Positions 40,897 to 53,411 of a stretch of 64,000 bases of DNA are shown here, piece by piece. Position 1 is the stretch's first letter. Every line of letters begins with the position of its first letter. The notes below the pieces were generated by a model that was given only the letters and a program-made list of their open reading frames with translations, did no database searches and was not told the origin of the DNA. The DNA is from Octopus sinensis (lineage: Eukaryota): contig NC_043003.1 in NCBI RefSeq assembly GCF_006345805.1, forward strand, positions 64,170,001 through 64,234,000, given 5' to 3'. The translations under genes were made by a program, and so were the position numbers.

Positions 40897-41091
40897 ATCT
40901 TTTAAGTTCGTTTACAGGAATCATTTTTGAATATGCTTATAAAAGCTCCTGTTTTATCATGTTGGCTACAGCCTAGTGAGACCAACAGGCAATAGTAGTT
41001 TTATGGGATTGTGACAAGTTGTGCCAATATAATATAGGATAATTATTGTAATAATAATAATAGTAATGATAATAATAATAATAATTCTTTT

Positions 41092-41430
41092 ATTTGTTTC
41101 AGTCATTTGACTGTGGCCATTCTAGAGCACTGCCTTTAGTCAAACAAATCGACCCCAGAACTTATTCTTTGTAAGCCTAGTTCTTATTCTATTGGTCTCT
41201 TTGCCAAACCTCTAAGTTACGGTGATGTAAACATACGGTTGTGAAGCAATGGTGGTGGGGGGGACAAACACAGACACACACACATATATGTATGGCAGGC
41301 TTCTCTCAGTTTCCATCTTCCAAATCCACTCACAAGGCTTTAGTCGGCCTAAGGTGCCACACAGTGGGACTGAACCCAGAACCATGTGGTTGGTAAGCAA
41401 GCTACTGACCACACAGCCATGCCTGCGCCT
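41092..41430 (-). mobile_element. SINE family A, minus strand
   Basis: Reverse complement of the family A head and tail. Confidence 0.85.
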
Positions 41431-41869
41431 ATAATAATAATAATCCATGAATGGAATTTAGAAATATTTTAATGCAATATATATGAACCTCCCTCTCTCT
41501 CTCCCTCTCCCCAACTGAGGTAGCAACCGATCTCCTCTACTGCAAGACACCTATTTCCATTCCTCTATTCTTACTCTAACTTCTCACCTGTTACTAAGCC
41601 ACCTTCATCAATACCACTCCCCACTTTCTGTTGAGGGATCTTTGTGTAGCAAGTTAATTAGTGGCCACCATCCACCAAACCACCCACAGGTGCTGATGCC
41701 ATGTAAAAGGCACCCAGTACACTCTGTAAAATGGATGATATTAAGAAGAGCATCCAGCCATAGAAGCCTTACCGAAGCAAACAGTAGAACTGGGGGCACA
41801 GTCTTCTGACTTAGCAGTTCTTGTCAAACCACCCACCCCCACACCAGCATGGAAGGAGGGCTTTAAATG

Positions 41870-42230
41870 ACGATGATGATGATGATGATGACAATGACAA
41901 TGATGATGAAGATGATGATGACAATGACCATCATCATGATAATGATGATTGATCATAATCATGATGACTGATGATGATGAGGAGGGGGAGGGGAGGGTGA
42001 AGAGGAGGAAGAGGGGAGAGGAAGAGGATGAAGAGGTGGAGGAAGAGGATGAAGAGGTGGAGGAAGAGGATGAAGAGGTGGAGGAAGAGGATGAAGAGGT
42101 GGAGGAAGAGGATGAAGAGGTGGAGGAAGAGGATGAAGAGGTGGAGGAAGAGGAAGAGGGGGAGAAAGAGGAGGAGAAAGAGGAGGAGGAAAGGGGGAGG
42201 AAGAGGGGAAGAGGAAGAAATGGAGGAGGA
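41870..42230. repeat. (GAT)n plus a purine-rich tract with about six copies of a 21-bp unit GAGGAAGAGGATGAAGAGGTG
   Basis: Direct reading, about 42018-42153. Confidence 0.9.
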
Positions 42231-43724
42231 TATGAGCACACATATGTGTGTGTGTGTATTTATTTATTAGCTGAGAAGAGAAACTGTTAATATGCAATAT
42301 TAAAGAATGCAAATAATGTTTTTTAATGTTTATTTTCCCAATTAATGCGCTATGATTTAGCTTCGACAGCACTTATCTATATGAACACATATGTAAAGGC
42401 AATAAACATCTTTCTCTCCAAGATAAGAATGTAATATTGAGATATCAGAAGATAATACAGAGACCTTGTTATTGTAAATTATTCAACACCTAAGTCGCCA
42501 CACATTGCATTCTTTATAACAAAATATTCCACATACACTTACCACATTAGTTTGACTATTTTTCAACCAGAATATCAAAGACCGTTGGAAAATCAATGAT
42601 GTTTTTAATAGTAAGTTCTAAGCTGGAAATTCTCAAATAAAATTTATTACAAGTTTGTTTAAAATGTGCTTTTTAGTTCCTTTCATCTTGAAGCAGACTA
42701 TTTATTAAAATTTTTTTACTAAAGCACAAAGTTAATATCATTTTCATATTTTATTTTCTTATTTATTTTCTGTATTTTAATGCCAAAGAAACAAAAATTC
42801 TTCAGAATGTTTATTTTATATGTTTGCCGATATACCTGTTGTTTAAGAAACTGATAAAGTTACACATCATGTTATTTTCGTTCAGGTGTGCTTGAAAGGG
42901 ATGGGGGATTATACTCTTTAAACTGGAATTGGTATCCATTCATGTCACTGCACTTGTTTACAATTGAATGATTTAACTTTCAGGTTTCAGAAACTGCTAC
43001 ATTAATGATCATTTTTTTTTTTTCTTCCTATTTTGCTGTGTTATCAGGAGAATGAACAAGTGGGTATTTCTATGTTTGTCTATGTGTGTGTGTGAGGGAA
43101 TGCTTATGTCTGTAATGATGATGAGGATGAGGTGGAAGAGGAGGAGAGGGATTACTTTTCACAAATTATTACAACATTACTTCTAGCAATATTAATATGA
43201 AACTTAAAGTAGCAAGCTAGAACCGTTAATATGCCATGTAAAATGTTTAGCAGCGATTTCTCGGTCTTTACATTCTGAGTTCAAATTCAGATGAGGTCAA
43301 CTTTGCCTTTCGTCCTTTCAGGATCGATAAATTAAGTATCAGTTGTATACTAGGGTTGATCTAATCAACTGACCTCCACCAAAAAAATTTCAGGCCTTGT
43401 GCCTAAACTAGAAAAGAATATTTGATTAACTTAGCCGGAGAGCTGGCAGAAATGTTAGCATGCTGGGCGAAATGCTTTGTGGTATTTCATGTCTTTATGT
43501 TCTGAGTTCAAATTCCACCGAGGTCGACTTTGCCTTTCATACTTTCAGGGTCGATAAATTAAGTACCAGTTGCATACTGGGGTCAATCTATTCGACTGAC
43601 ACCCTCCCCAAAAATTCCAGGCTTTGTGCCTAGAGTAGAAAAGGAAATAAGCACCACTTGAGTACCGAGGACAGTATAATCAACTAGACTACCCCTGAAC
43701 TTGGCCTTCAGCCAAAATTTGAGG

Positions 43725-44030
43725 CATAAAAAAAACATTCGAGCGAGGTTGTTGCCAGTGCCACTGGACTGGCTCCTGTGCAGGTGGCATGTAAAAAATG
43801 CCATTTGAGCGTGGCCGTTGCCAGTACCGCCTGACTGGCCCTCATGCTGGTGGCATGTAAAAGCACTCACTACACTCTCAGAGTGGTTGGCTTTAGGAAG
43901 GACATCCAGCTGTAGAAACTCAGCCAGATCAGATTGGAGCTTGGTGCAGCCATCTGGTTTGCCAGTCCTCAGTCAAAACGTCCAACCCATACTAGCAAGG
44001 AAAGTATACATTAAATGATGATGATGATGA
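43725..44030 (+). mobile_element. RTE-tail element (family C) ending in (GAT)n
   Basis: GGTGGCATGTAAAAGCAC.CACTACACTC...GGTTGGC.TTAGGAAGG.CATCCAGCTGTAGAAAC...CCAACCCAT.CTAGCA.GGAAA...TTAAATGATGATG. Other copies at about 110-330 -, 3345-3720 -, 5375-5558 +, 13870-14045 -, 16490-16830 -, 19915-20345 -, 24320-24560 -, 27750-28030 -, 30100-30365 +, 40590-40830 -, 49975-50172 +, 54895-55075 -. Confidence 0.85.
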
Positions 44031-44300
44031 TTAACTCTGAAATGAATCATAGTTTCTTTTCTTTCACACCTCACATCGACCATAAAAGTCCTGCCAAAAT
44101 GTGAGGAGTGAGATCATTCCTCATTTGTTATGCAAATAACAGCATTCTCCGACTTTAAATTTGTTTGAAAAAATGGGATCGTCATAGATAGAATACCTTT
44201 GATTATATGTCTTTTCACTGGAGGAGTACCTAGGGCTAAACAACTTGGGAATACGTTGCACAAGGAAATCATTATATAGATCTATTTCTGTATATAGATC

Positions 44301-44453
44301 GTTGCTGTGTGGTAAGTAGCTTGTTTACCAACCACATGGTTCTGGGTTCAGTCCCACTGCGTGGCACCTTGGGCAAGTGTCTTCAACTATAGTCTCAGGC
44401 CGACCAAAGCCTTGTGAGTGGATTTGGTAGATGGAAACTGAAAGAAGCCCGTC

Positions 44454-44521
<68 letters not shown>

Positions 44522-44730
44522 ATGTTTGTGTGTCTGTGTTTGTTCCCCCAAAATCGCTTGACAACTGATGCTGGTGTGTTTACATACCCATAACTTAGCA
44601 GTTTGGCAAAAGAGACCGCTAGTATAAGTACTAGGCTTACAAAGAATAAGTCCTGGGGTTGATTTGCTCGGCTAAAGGTGGTGCTCCAGCATGGCCACAG
44701 TCAAATGACTGAAACAAGTAAAAGAGTAAA
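44301..44730 (+). mobile_element. tRNA-derived CORE-type SINE, family A, near full length
   Basis: GCTGTGTGGTAAG...GGGTTCAGTCCCACTGCGTGGCACCTTGGGCAAGTGTCTT...(TA)n(TG)n...CAGCATGGCCACAGTCAAATGACTGAAACAAGTAAAAGA. Many partial copies throughout (e.g. 3990-4130, 4490-4630, 13030-13190, 16230-16380, 17800-17930, 29719-29865, 51225-51380). Confidence 0.9.
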
Positions 44731-45889
44731 CAATTTGTCAATGCTTGGAACCTAGTTCCATAATAGAGAAGCAGAAAATTCCTGAGACTATGACAAAATC
44801 ACTTTGCAGTGTTTGTCCTGAGTTGAAAGCCAGCTAGGGTCCACTTTGACTCTTGCTGTATTTAGGGGTTGATAACTGGCAGTCTGTCGGTTACAAGGAT
44901 GTGTGTTCCAGTTGATTTGATCAACAGAATAGCCTCTTCAGGAAATGAATGTGCAAGTGGCTCAGCACTCTACAGACACACGTACCCTTAATGTAGTTCA
45001 CATGGAGATTCAATGTGACAAGGCTGATCCTTTCAATTACATGTACAACTCATTTGTGCCAGCTAAATGAAGTGGAGCAATACAAAATAAAGAGTATCTT
45101 CCTCAAGGACAGGATGCACTGCCAGATATCGAACTCACAGCCTTATAAACATGAGCTGAATATCCCTAACCACTAAGCCACATGCCTTCACAGGGGTTGA
45201 TAAAATAAAGAGCCAGTCCAGAGTGGAATAATAAGAGCATCAGGTGATATGCCTTGCAGTATCATTTCTGTCTCTCTGTGTTCTGAGTTCAATTCCCATT
45301 AAAGTCAACTTCTCTATTTGGGGGTTGATAAAATACAGTTCTAGTCCAAAATGGGATAGATAGTATAAACCTCAATGTTTTTGAAGTTCTTTTGGTGAAT
45401 AAAAAATTATTATTATTATCATTAATCATTGTTATTGAGTGAGAGAGCAATATATTGCCGTCAAAGTGACACTGGGGTAAAATATACAAAGCCCAGTACA
45501 CCCATCATGAGTACCCAGATGATAAGGGTACACCAGGTACATGCTTCACAACCATATGTGCACAACATAGTGATCTCATATCAAGATAAACAGCACATGA
45601 TCTTGCAGGTGGTGCCCAGTTAGAATTTTCTTCAGGTTGAGGAGACCATCCCGCTCAAAAGGCCCGTTATTAATCATTAGCATGCCAGACAAAATGCTTA
45701 GTGGCATTTAGTCTGTCTTCACATTCTGGGTTCTAATTCCACTGAGGTCAACTTTGCCTTTCATCCTTTCAGGGTCGATAAATTAAGTACCAGTTGAACA
45801 GTGGGGTTGATGCAATCCACTAGTCCCCTCCACCAAAATTTCAGGCCTTGTGCCTATAGTAGAAAGGTTTATTATTATTATTACATTTT

Positions 45890-46380
45890 ACTTCTCAGAA
45901 CTCTCGATTTTACTTGCTCTGGTTAATTCTTTGAGAGTGGACAGCAAGTTGTTGTCACAGGTCTCACAGGGTCTCTTTCCACAATACTTAATACCCAAGT
46001 ACCAATCTCAAAATCCTCACTGTCCACAATAGAACAATTCTTAGCAATATTAGTTAGCAGGAATGTTGTCTTGGAGTTTGGTGACAAGTTTCCTCAAACC
46101 TAAAGAATTTTTCTGTAGGATTCTTGCAGAATACAGCATTGAATTTTTCTGTAGGTTGACTATGCAAATCTCAATTCCAATATCTTTCACCCACTTAAGA
46201 AGCAGAATTGGTCTTGTGCCAAATGAACCAATTACCACAGGATTAAGTGCCATTTTAATCTTCAACAATCTTTTCATTTTCCCAGCTAAATCCTGATATT
46301 TCTCAATTTTTTTCAATTTCCTTGGTAACCACTTAGTTATATGGTATTGCACAGTCTACAATCTTACACTTTGTTTATTA
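45890..46380 (-). mobile_element. R4/Dong-like LINE 3' end remnant
   Basis: KIEKYQDLAGKMKRLLKIKMALNPVVIGSFG...LQKNSMLYSARILQK; flanked by (ATT)n. Confidence 0.75.
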
Positions 46381-46399
46381 TTATCATTATCATTATTAA

Positions 46400-47190
46400 G
46401 GTAGCGAGCTGGCAGAAACGTTAGCACGCCAGGCGAAATGCTTAGCGGTATTTCGTCTGCTGCTACATTCTGAGTTCAAATTTCGCCAAGGTCGACTTTG
46501 CCTTTCATCCTTTCGGGGTCGATTAAATAAGTACCAGTTATGCACTGGGGTCGATATAATCAACTTAATCCATTTGTCTGTCCTTGTTTGTCCTCTCTGT
46601 GTTTAGCCCCTTGTGGGTAGTAAAGAAATAAGTATTTCATCTGTCTTTATGCTCTGAGTTCAAATTCTGCCAAGGTCGACTATGCCTTTCATCCTTTCAG
46701 AGTCAATAAATTAAGTACCAGTTATGCACTGGAGTCAATGTAATCGACTTAATCCCTTTGTCTGTCCTTGTTTAGCCCCTTGTAAGCAATAAAGAAATAA
46801 GAAACGTTAGCACGCCAGGCAAAATGCTTAGCAGTATTTTATCTGTTTATACGCTCTGAGTTCAAATTCTGCTGAGGTTGCCTTTGCCTTTCATCTTTTC
46901 AGGGTTGATAAATTAAGTACCAGTTGCGTACAGGGTCGATCTAATCGACTGGTCCCCTCCCCCAAAATTTCAGCCTTGTACCTAAAGTAAAAAAGAATTG
47001 TTAGCACGCCAGACAAAATGCTTAGCAGCATTTTGTCTATTTGCACATTCTGAGTCCAAATTCCACCAAGGTCGACTACCTTTCATCCTTATGGGGCTGA
47101 TAAGTTAAGTACCAGTGAAACACTGGGGTTGATATAATTGACTGGCCCCTCCCCACAAATTTCAGACCTTGTGCCTTTAGTACAAAGGAT
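46400..47190 (+). mobile_element. Head-to-tail array of four SINE family B units
   Basis: Units at about 46400, 46631, 46801 and 46996; the later units are 5'-truncated. Similar clusters at 15430-15965 (-), 35233-35655 (-) and 43205-43650 (+). Confidence 0.85.
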
Positions 47191-47199
47191 TATTATTAT

Positions 47200-47710
47200 T
47201 ATTTCTTTTTATCACAGATTTTGTTGGAACTCCTGGAGTTTTGCATGTGTAACAGGCTTGCTGCCTGTAGCCTATAGTACCATGCTATCCATTCTTTTCA
47301 GCTACCTAATATTTTCCTGATTATTCTGGCCATGCCAAGGAGGCAAACCATTTGTAACAGTTCTACTGAGCATTCTATTCCAATTTCCTTTACATTCCTC
47401 TTGATGCCTTCTGATACTGTTCCCAACGACCCAAAAATAATTACCACTATCTTCCCCTTCTTCATTTTCCATAGCCAGGCTATTTCATACTTAAGAGTGT
47501 TGTATGTATCTACCTTTTCCCCTTCCCTCTTGACTATTTGTGAGTCAAAGGAGCATGCAACATCAATTATTATCATTACCTCTACCTTAGCAAAGGTAGA
47601 GGTATTGTTTTCAGTCCATTGCTGGTTGGATTCGGATGAAACTTTCAGGGATGTTTGGCCTCGTGAGTGGCACAAATTGATTAGATTTTGGGATCGATCC
47701 GGTACTGGAC
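47200..47710 (-). mobile_element. R4/Dong-like LINE endonuclease C-terminal remnant
   Basis: IIDVACSFDSQIVKREGEKVDTYNTLKYEIAWLWKMKKGKIVVIIFGSLG...LQMVCLLGMARIIRKIL. Confidence 0.8.
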
Positions 47711-48589
47711 AAGGATTCTGGATTATTTGTTATATTTACTTTACATGATTACAATCTTAAGTTAACTTTCAAGTCTTTCTCAATCATCTCCCTTTAGGCT
47801 GTTTCCAAAGTTTAATTTTCGTTTTTCTTTTATTAGTTTTACTTGCATCTCTATCTTAATAGAAACTAACGGATAAAGAAATCAAACTCATAAACAAACG
47901 ACAGCAAAGTCATTCAGAAATTAAATAACATTAAAATTTTTTTATAACATATATATTATATATTTTACATACATATTGATACTTTACAATATACTTACAT
48001 ATATACATACATCTATACATTGATCTAAAACATCAGGAATACTTAAGGAAGGCCAGAATTTAAGAGAAGAGAAAACCAAAAGGTCTCATGCTATTCATTT
48101 AAAAATTCCTGAGTAGAACCTCTGCCTTTGAAACTAATTTGAATGGTGAATAGATAAGGATAAAATATTTACTGCGGTTACTAAATTTTCTACAGCCACC
48201 TTCACATTCCATGACTACTATTGGGATCAATCAGGTACCAGACAAGGATTCTGGATTATTTTTCCAGGTTTTTACTTCATTTTTGAGAGCAGTCGGGTTT
48301 ATTTTTAGTATCCTCGTTTGCGAGAGCAGTCAAATTTATTTCAGATATTCTCATTTTAAAAATCATCTCAGGATAATCGCTGAGAGGACGTTGGTGTTGC
48401 TTTGGCAGAGAGTGGTCTTGTTATTATTATTATTATTCAACATTTGGTAGTTTCAGGCAAATTTCTACGGCATCACCTTCCACACCTCTATGTTGCTGGG
48501 GTGCGTGCAGCATTGTATGTTCTTTTTTGTTGTTGGGAGCATGCAAACTCTTCCCAGTATTGTATCATCATCATCATCATTTTTTGGGG

Positions 48590-48890
48590 GCATGCTAATT
48601 TTGTTAGTAGGTATTTATCTTGAGGTTATGTGATAACAAATCTCCTCAAATCTCAATAATCTTTCGTAGGATTGTTGCAGAGTATAAGATGGTACTTTTC
48701 TACAGGTTGATAATACGATGTCTTGTGCCAAGAGCACCAATTGCAACAGGAATAATTGTGGTCTCGGTCTTCCATAGTCTATTCAGTTCTCTGGCTAGAT
48801 CTTGGTTTTTCTCAATTTTTTCAATTTTTTTGGCCTCGACTTTAAGATCTTACACTGTTTGTTTATTTTATTCTCTATAATCATGTCTGG
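48590..48890 (-). mobile_element. R4/Dong-like LINE 3' end remnant
   Basis: KIEKNQDLARELNRLWKTETTIIPVAIGALGT...KSTILYSATILRKII; flanked by (ATT)n. Confidence 0.75.
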
Positions 48891-48911
48891 TCTTCTTGCC
48901 TCAAAAGCATA

Positions 48912-48949
<38 letters not shown>

Positions 48950-49781
48950 ATTATTATTATTATTATCAATTTAAAGACATAATGGCTGCAGAAATGAAAT
49001 AAAAATAATTATATATTTGAGGAAGGAATTATAAATAAAATGGTATTAAATATATAATGAGAAGACTAAAGAAATTGTTTAAGACAATGGAAAAAAATTA
49101 AGTACTTTTCTTATTGATTTAAATTACAGCGACTTTTTTTCCCCAAAAAACATAAATATTCATTGCTTTGAGGGAAAATGTTAATAAACAATAAAGCAAT
49201 ACTTCCTTTGTACTCCATTATCATAAATTTTTATAAGAAATTTATTTTCAATAAATATTCTTGATAAATCATCCATAAAACACATTTTTTTTTTTATATA
49301 ACTGTTTTGAGTTAATCTCTTTACAAAGCAGCAATTTTTTCTTAAATCTTCCTTAACGAGAGAATGGAAATTTTAAAAATTATCATTGAAGTAGAAGACT
49401 TTTCTCAGAAATAAACCTTCTTGAAGCAACAAATATCTACTTTCTACATTCAAACAAGTGGTGAGCCCTGGTGGCCAGTTATTTGTAAGGGAGATAATCA
49501 TTTCTCCCTTACAATTTTAAGTAAAAGAACAAAGAAGAAAATGCACAGAATACATGTATTTATCTTTTCTCTTTTACTTGTATCACTCATTGGACAGTGG
49601 CCATGCTGGGGCATTTCTTTCAAGGGTTTAGTTAAACAAATCAAACCGAGTATTTAGTGCTAAACCTTATACTGACTTTATCGGTTTCTTATTGCCAAAC
49701 CACTAAGTTATGGGGATGTAAACAAACCAACATTGGCTGTCAAGCAGTGGTGGGGCACAAACACATATGTATCTCTCTCCC

Positions 49782-49841
<60 letters not shown>

Positions 49842-50177
49842 ATATATTATATATTATATATATATATATAATATATATATATATATGATATATATATAAA
49901 TATATATATAATATGTGCCCCAGCATGGCCACAGCTCATGAGCTGAAACTAGAATCAATCAATATTTATATATTGGCAGGTGGCACGTAAAAAGCACCCA
50001 CTACACTCACGGAGTGGTTGGCGTTAGGAAGGGCATCCAGCTGTAGAAACATTGCCAGATTAGACTGGAGCCTGGTGCAGCCTTCTGGCTTCCCAGAACC
50101 CCGGTCGAACCGTCCAACCCATGCTAGCATGGAGAACGGACGTTAAACGACGATGATGATGATGATGATGATATATA

Positions 50178-51010
50178 CAGGGTGCAGTGGGTAAATTGTT
50201 GCCATTTTATATTTTTAATTTTGTGCATGAGCATTGCTTGTTTTTGATTTTGTTGACTACACAGTATAGTAGGGTCAGTTGGGCACTGTCTATAAGAAAA
50301 ACAGCACCACGACACAGTTCATTCTGCCAGAAAATTGGAAACAGCATGCTGCATTGCTTGACATTTATGCTGGAAGCTCAATATGAACATTTCAGAGTGT
50401 TTGAGTGTCAATATGAGGACAGTGCAGAGGATTCAGGAAGAGCTGGATGAGTCTAATGGTAATTATGAAGGTGTTTGGAGTGATCACTAGTGATGGCGAC
50501 ATTATGTCTCCATTCATCTTCCCACACAGCCTCACACTCAACACAGAGGCCTACATCAAGTGCCTGGAGGAGATAGTGCTGGCCTGGGTCAAGAGGGTGG
50601 CTACTGGAAGAATCTGTGTCTGGCAACAGGACTCTACACCATGCCACACAAGCAGGAAAACCCATTCATGGCTGTCAGACAATTTCTGCAACCACATCAC
50701 CCCTAACATCTGGCCACCTAACCCCTCAGATTGCAACCCCATTGCTTATTATGTGTGGAGTGCAGTTGAATGAGAGACCAACAAAACTCCTTGCAACACC
50801 AAAGATGAACTGAAGGCAAGGATTATGGCAGCATTCTCCATCTTAAACAAGGAGACTGTCCAGAAGAGTTGTAGGAGATTCCAAAGTCGTCTGGAGGCCG
50901 TGATTGAAACCAATAGTGATTTTATTGAATAAATTTACTCTTTAGTATTTCAAGGTATTTTTCTTTAATTTTGGTAAATATATCTGTTAAAATGAGATGT
51001 CGATGTTATT
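50178..51010 (+). mobile_element. Internally deleted Tc1/mariner transposon of the DD37D (maT) type
   Basis: Starts TA|CAGGGTGCAGTGGGTAAATTG. Transposase remnant VFGVITSDG...VWQQDSTPCH-(37-residue spacing)-WPPNPSDCNPIAYYVW...RLEAVIETNSDFIE*. The third catalytic Asp reads Ala; the N-terminal part is fused directly to the catalytic part. Confidence 0.85.
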
Positions 51011-52967
51011 TTCATTTTTGCAAAATTCAGACAAAAATTGGGACCAATACAGTAATAACGGAATTATTTAGAAATTTCTATCGGCTTGTTTCGAGAAGCA
51101 TAAATTATAATGGTTATTGACAATTTGTCTATTTTCGGCATATTTGGCATTAGAATTTTCTTTTGCCCTTATTTTATAAGTTATATATATATATATATAT
51201 ACACACATACATACATACACACAAACAGGGTTCTTCTACTTTCCATCTACCAAATCCACTGACAAGACTTTAGTTAGCCCTGGTTTATAGTATAAGACAC
51301 TTGCTCAAGTTGTCATACAGTGGAATTGAACCTGGAACCATATGATTGGTAAAGAAACTTCTTAACACACAGCTACAACTGTTTTTTTAGAATGCAGTAC
51401 AGCTTGAAATTTGGGGTTTCTGAAAAGAATTTCAAAAACACAGGATGTTATGATGAAAACTAAATAAATAAATAAAAAGGGGGAAAATGCTAGAGCTACA
51501 AGGAAGATATGGAGAGGAGGTGAATAAATAATGATATATTATCATCAAAGACAGTTCCTAATTATATTATGTTTTGTGTCCTGCAGTATGTTTCATGGAT
51601 GATAACAGTTATCTCAACACTTCATCAGTGTTCAATAGATTGAACCTATGTAATTTTGGATAATATAACAAGATTAGTAAAATGGCTATCAGATCACACT
51701 GCTGACAGGTTAACTTTGAAAATATGTCGATTCAGAATTGAATTGAGTTATGCTGCATCGTTGGTGATCATTTGTATTACAGGCATAAACACATAAAGAA
51801 AATACAAACAGAAACCAGAATAACTACTAAATAGAATACAATTTGTTGTAATTGAGTTATCACAATCCCAACAAGAACACATTGATTATAAAATTGTTGT
51901 GTCTATAAAAGAACAAGGGGCTGGCTGTTTTCTCTTACATGTCATTTGACAGACAGAATACATTTTGTTGATTTGTAAAAGGTGGATGTTAAACTAATTA
52001 ACCAAACACCATCTGAAGACGAGATACACAACACACCAGCTTCTTGTTATTAAAAGATCAAAATCTCAGCACTTTCTGATATAAATGAAATATTTGGTAT
52101 ATGACAAAATGGTCAAGAAAACAATGATTATAGCCATGCAGTGGCTTTATTTAATTAACAGCCTGTAAATTACAATAATTAATTTGTTTGGTATTCAACA
52201 TGATTAACATGTCCTCTGTGTCTACATGTGGATGCTGTCATTGTCTTGAATCTAATTCCTTTATTAGGACATAAAGCAAATAGAATTCCATTCATTGATT
52301 CAGAACTGGCTTTTATCAAAAGCTGTCTAAGATTGTATGTCATTCATTTGTCAATAAGGATTATAGCTGATACTTAAAGGGATGAAACTAACTGTCAGAT
52401 TTGACATTTTTATCATTAAATTTTCTTAAGACACAAAGCTTCAAATATATACACATTTAATCATGCTTTTAGTATAAGCTATGTAATTGTATAAAATACA
52501 AATTTAATAGGATGTGGGGTATAGGTATGGCTGTGTGGTGGTTAAGAAGTTTGCTTCCCAGCCACAATGGTTTGGGGATCAGCCTCACTGTGTGGCATCT
52601 TCGGCAAGTGTTTTCTATTATAACTTCAGGCCAACTGGATCACCATCATCATCACTATCACCATCATCGTCATCATCACCATAATCATCATAATCATCGT
52701 CATCATCATCATCTTTGTAATATAAGTGTGTATTTTTGTGTTTGTGCTTGTCCCACTCCCTGCTGCTTAACAACTAGTGATAGGTTGTTTATGAACTTAG
52801 CAGTTCAGCAAAAGAGACAGCTAAAATAAGTACCAGACTGAGAAATAAGTACTGGGATCAATTTGTTCAACTAAACCCTTCAGTTTAGTGCACCAGCATG
52901 GCAGCGGTCCAATGACTGAAATCAGCAAAAGATAAAGGATGTATGTGTGTGTATATACATATACGTA

Positions 52968-53411
52968 GGCGCAGGTGTTGCTGTGTGGTAAGAAGCTTAC
53001 TTCCCAACCACATGGTTCTGGGTTCAGTTCTATTGTGTGGCACCTTGGGCAAGTGTCTTCTACTATAGCCTTGGGCCAACCAAAGCCTTGTGAGTGGATT
53101 TGGTAGATGGAAACTGAAAGAAACGCACCATGTATATATGTACGTATATATATATATATGTATGTATATATATATATATATATGTTTATGTATATATTTG
53201 TGTCTGTCCCTCCCCCACACACACACATCATCGCTTAACAACCGATGTTGGCATGTTTACATCCCCGTAACTTAGCGGTTCAGCAAAAGAGACCGATAGA
53301 ATAAGTACTAGGCTTACAAAGAATAAGTTCTGGGGTCAGTTTGTTCAACTAAAGGCAGTGCTCCAGCATGGCTGCAGTCAAATGACTGAAGCAATTAACA
53401 GAAATAAAAGA
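52968..53411 (+). mobile_element. SINE family A, near full length
   Basis: Colinear with 44301-44730. Confidence 0.9.

Noticed and set aside
41949-42290. Glu-rich 113-aa ORF with EEEDEEV repeats
   Set aside because: It is fully explained by a 21-bp purine-rich minisatellite and (GAT)n; there are no convincing splice signals or non-repetitive coding sequence.
42886-42970. Possible exon after ttttcgttcag (VLERDGGLYSLNWNWYPF...)
   Set aside because: Short, ends in a stop, has no recognisable family and no partner exons.
46400-47190. Repeat-spacer-like periodicity suggesting a CRISPR array
   Set aside because: The units are ~170-230-bp SINE copies without unique spacers; there are no cas genes and the context is eukaryotic.
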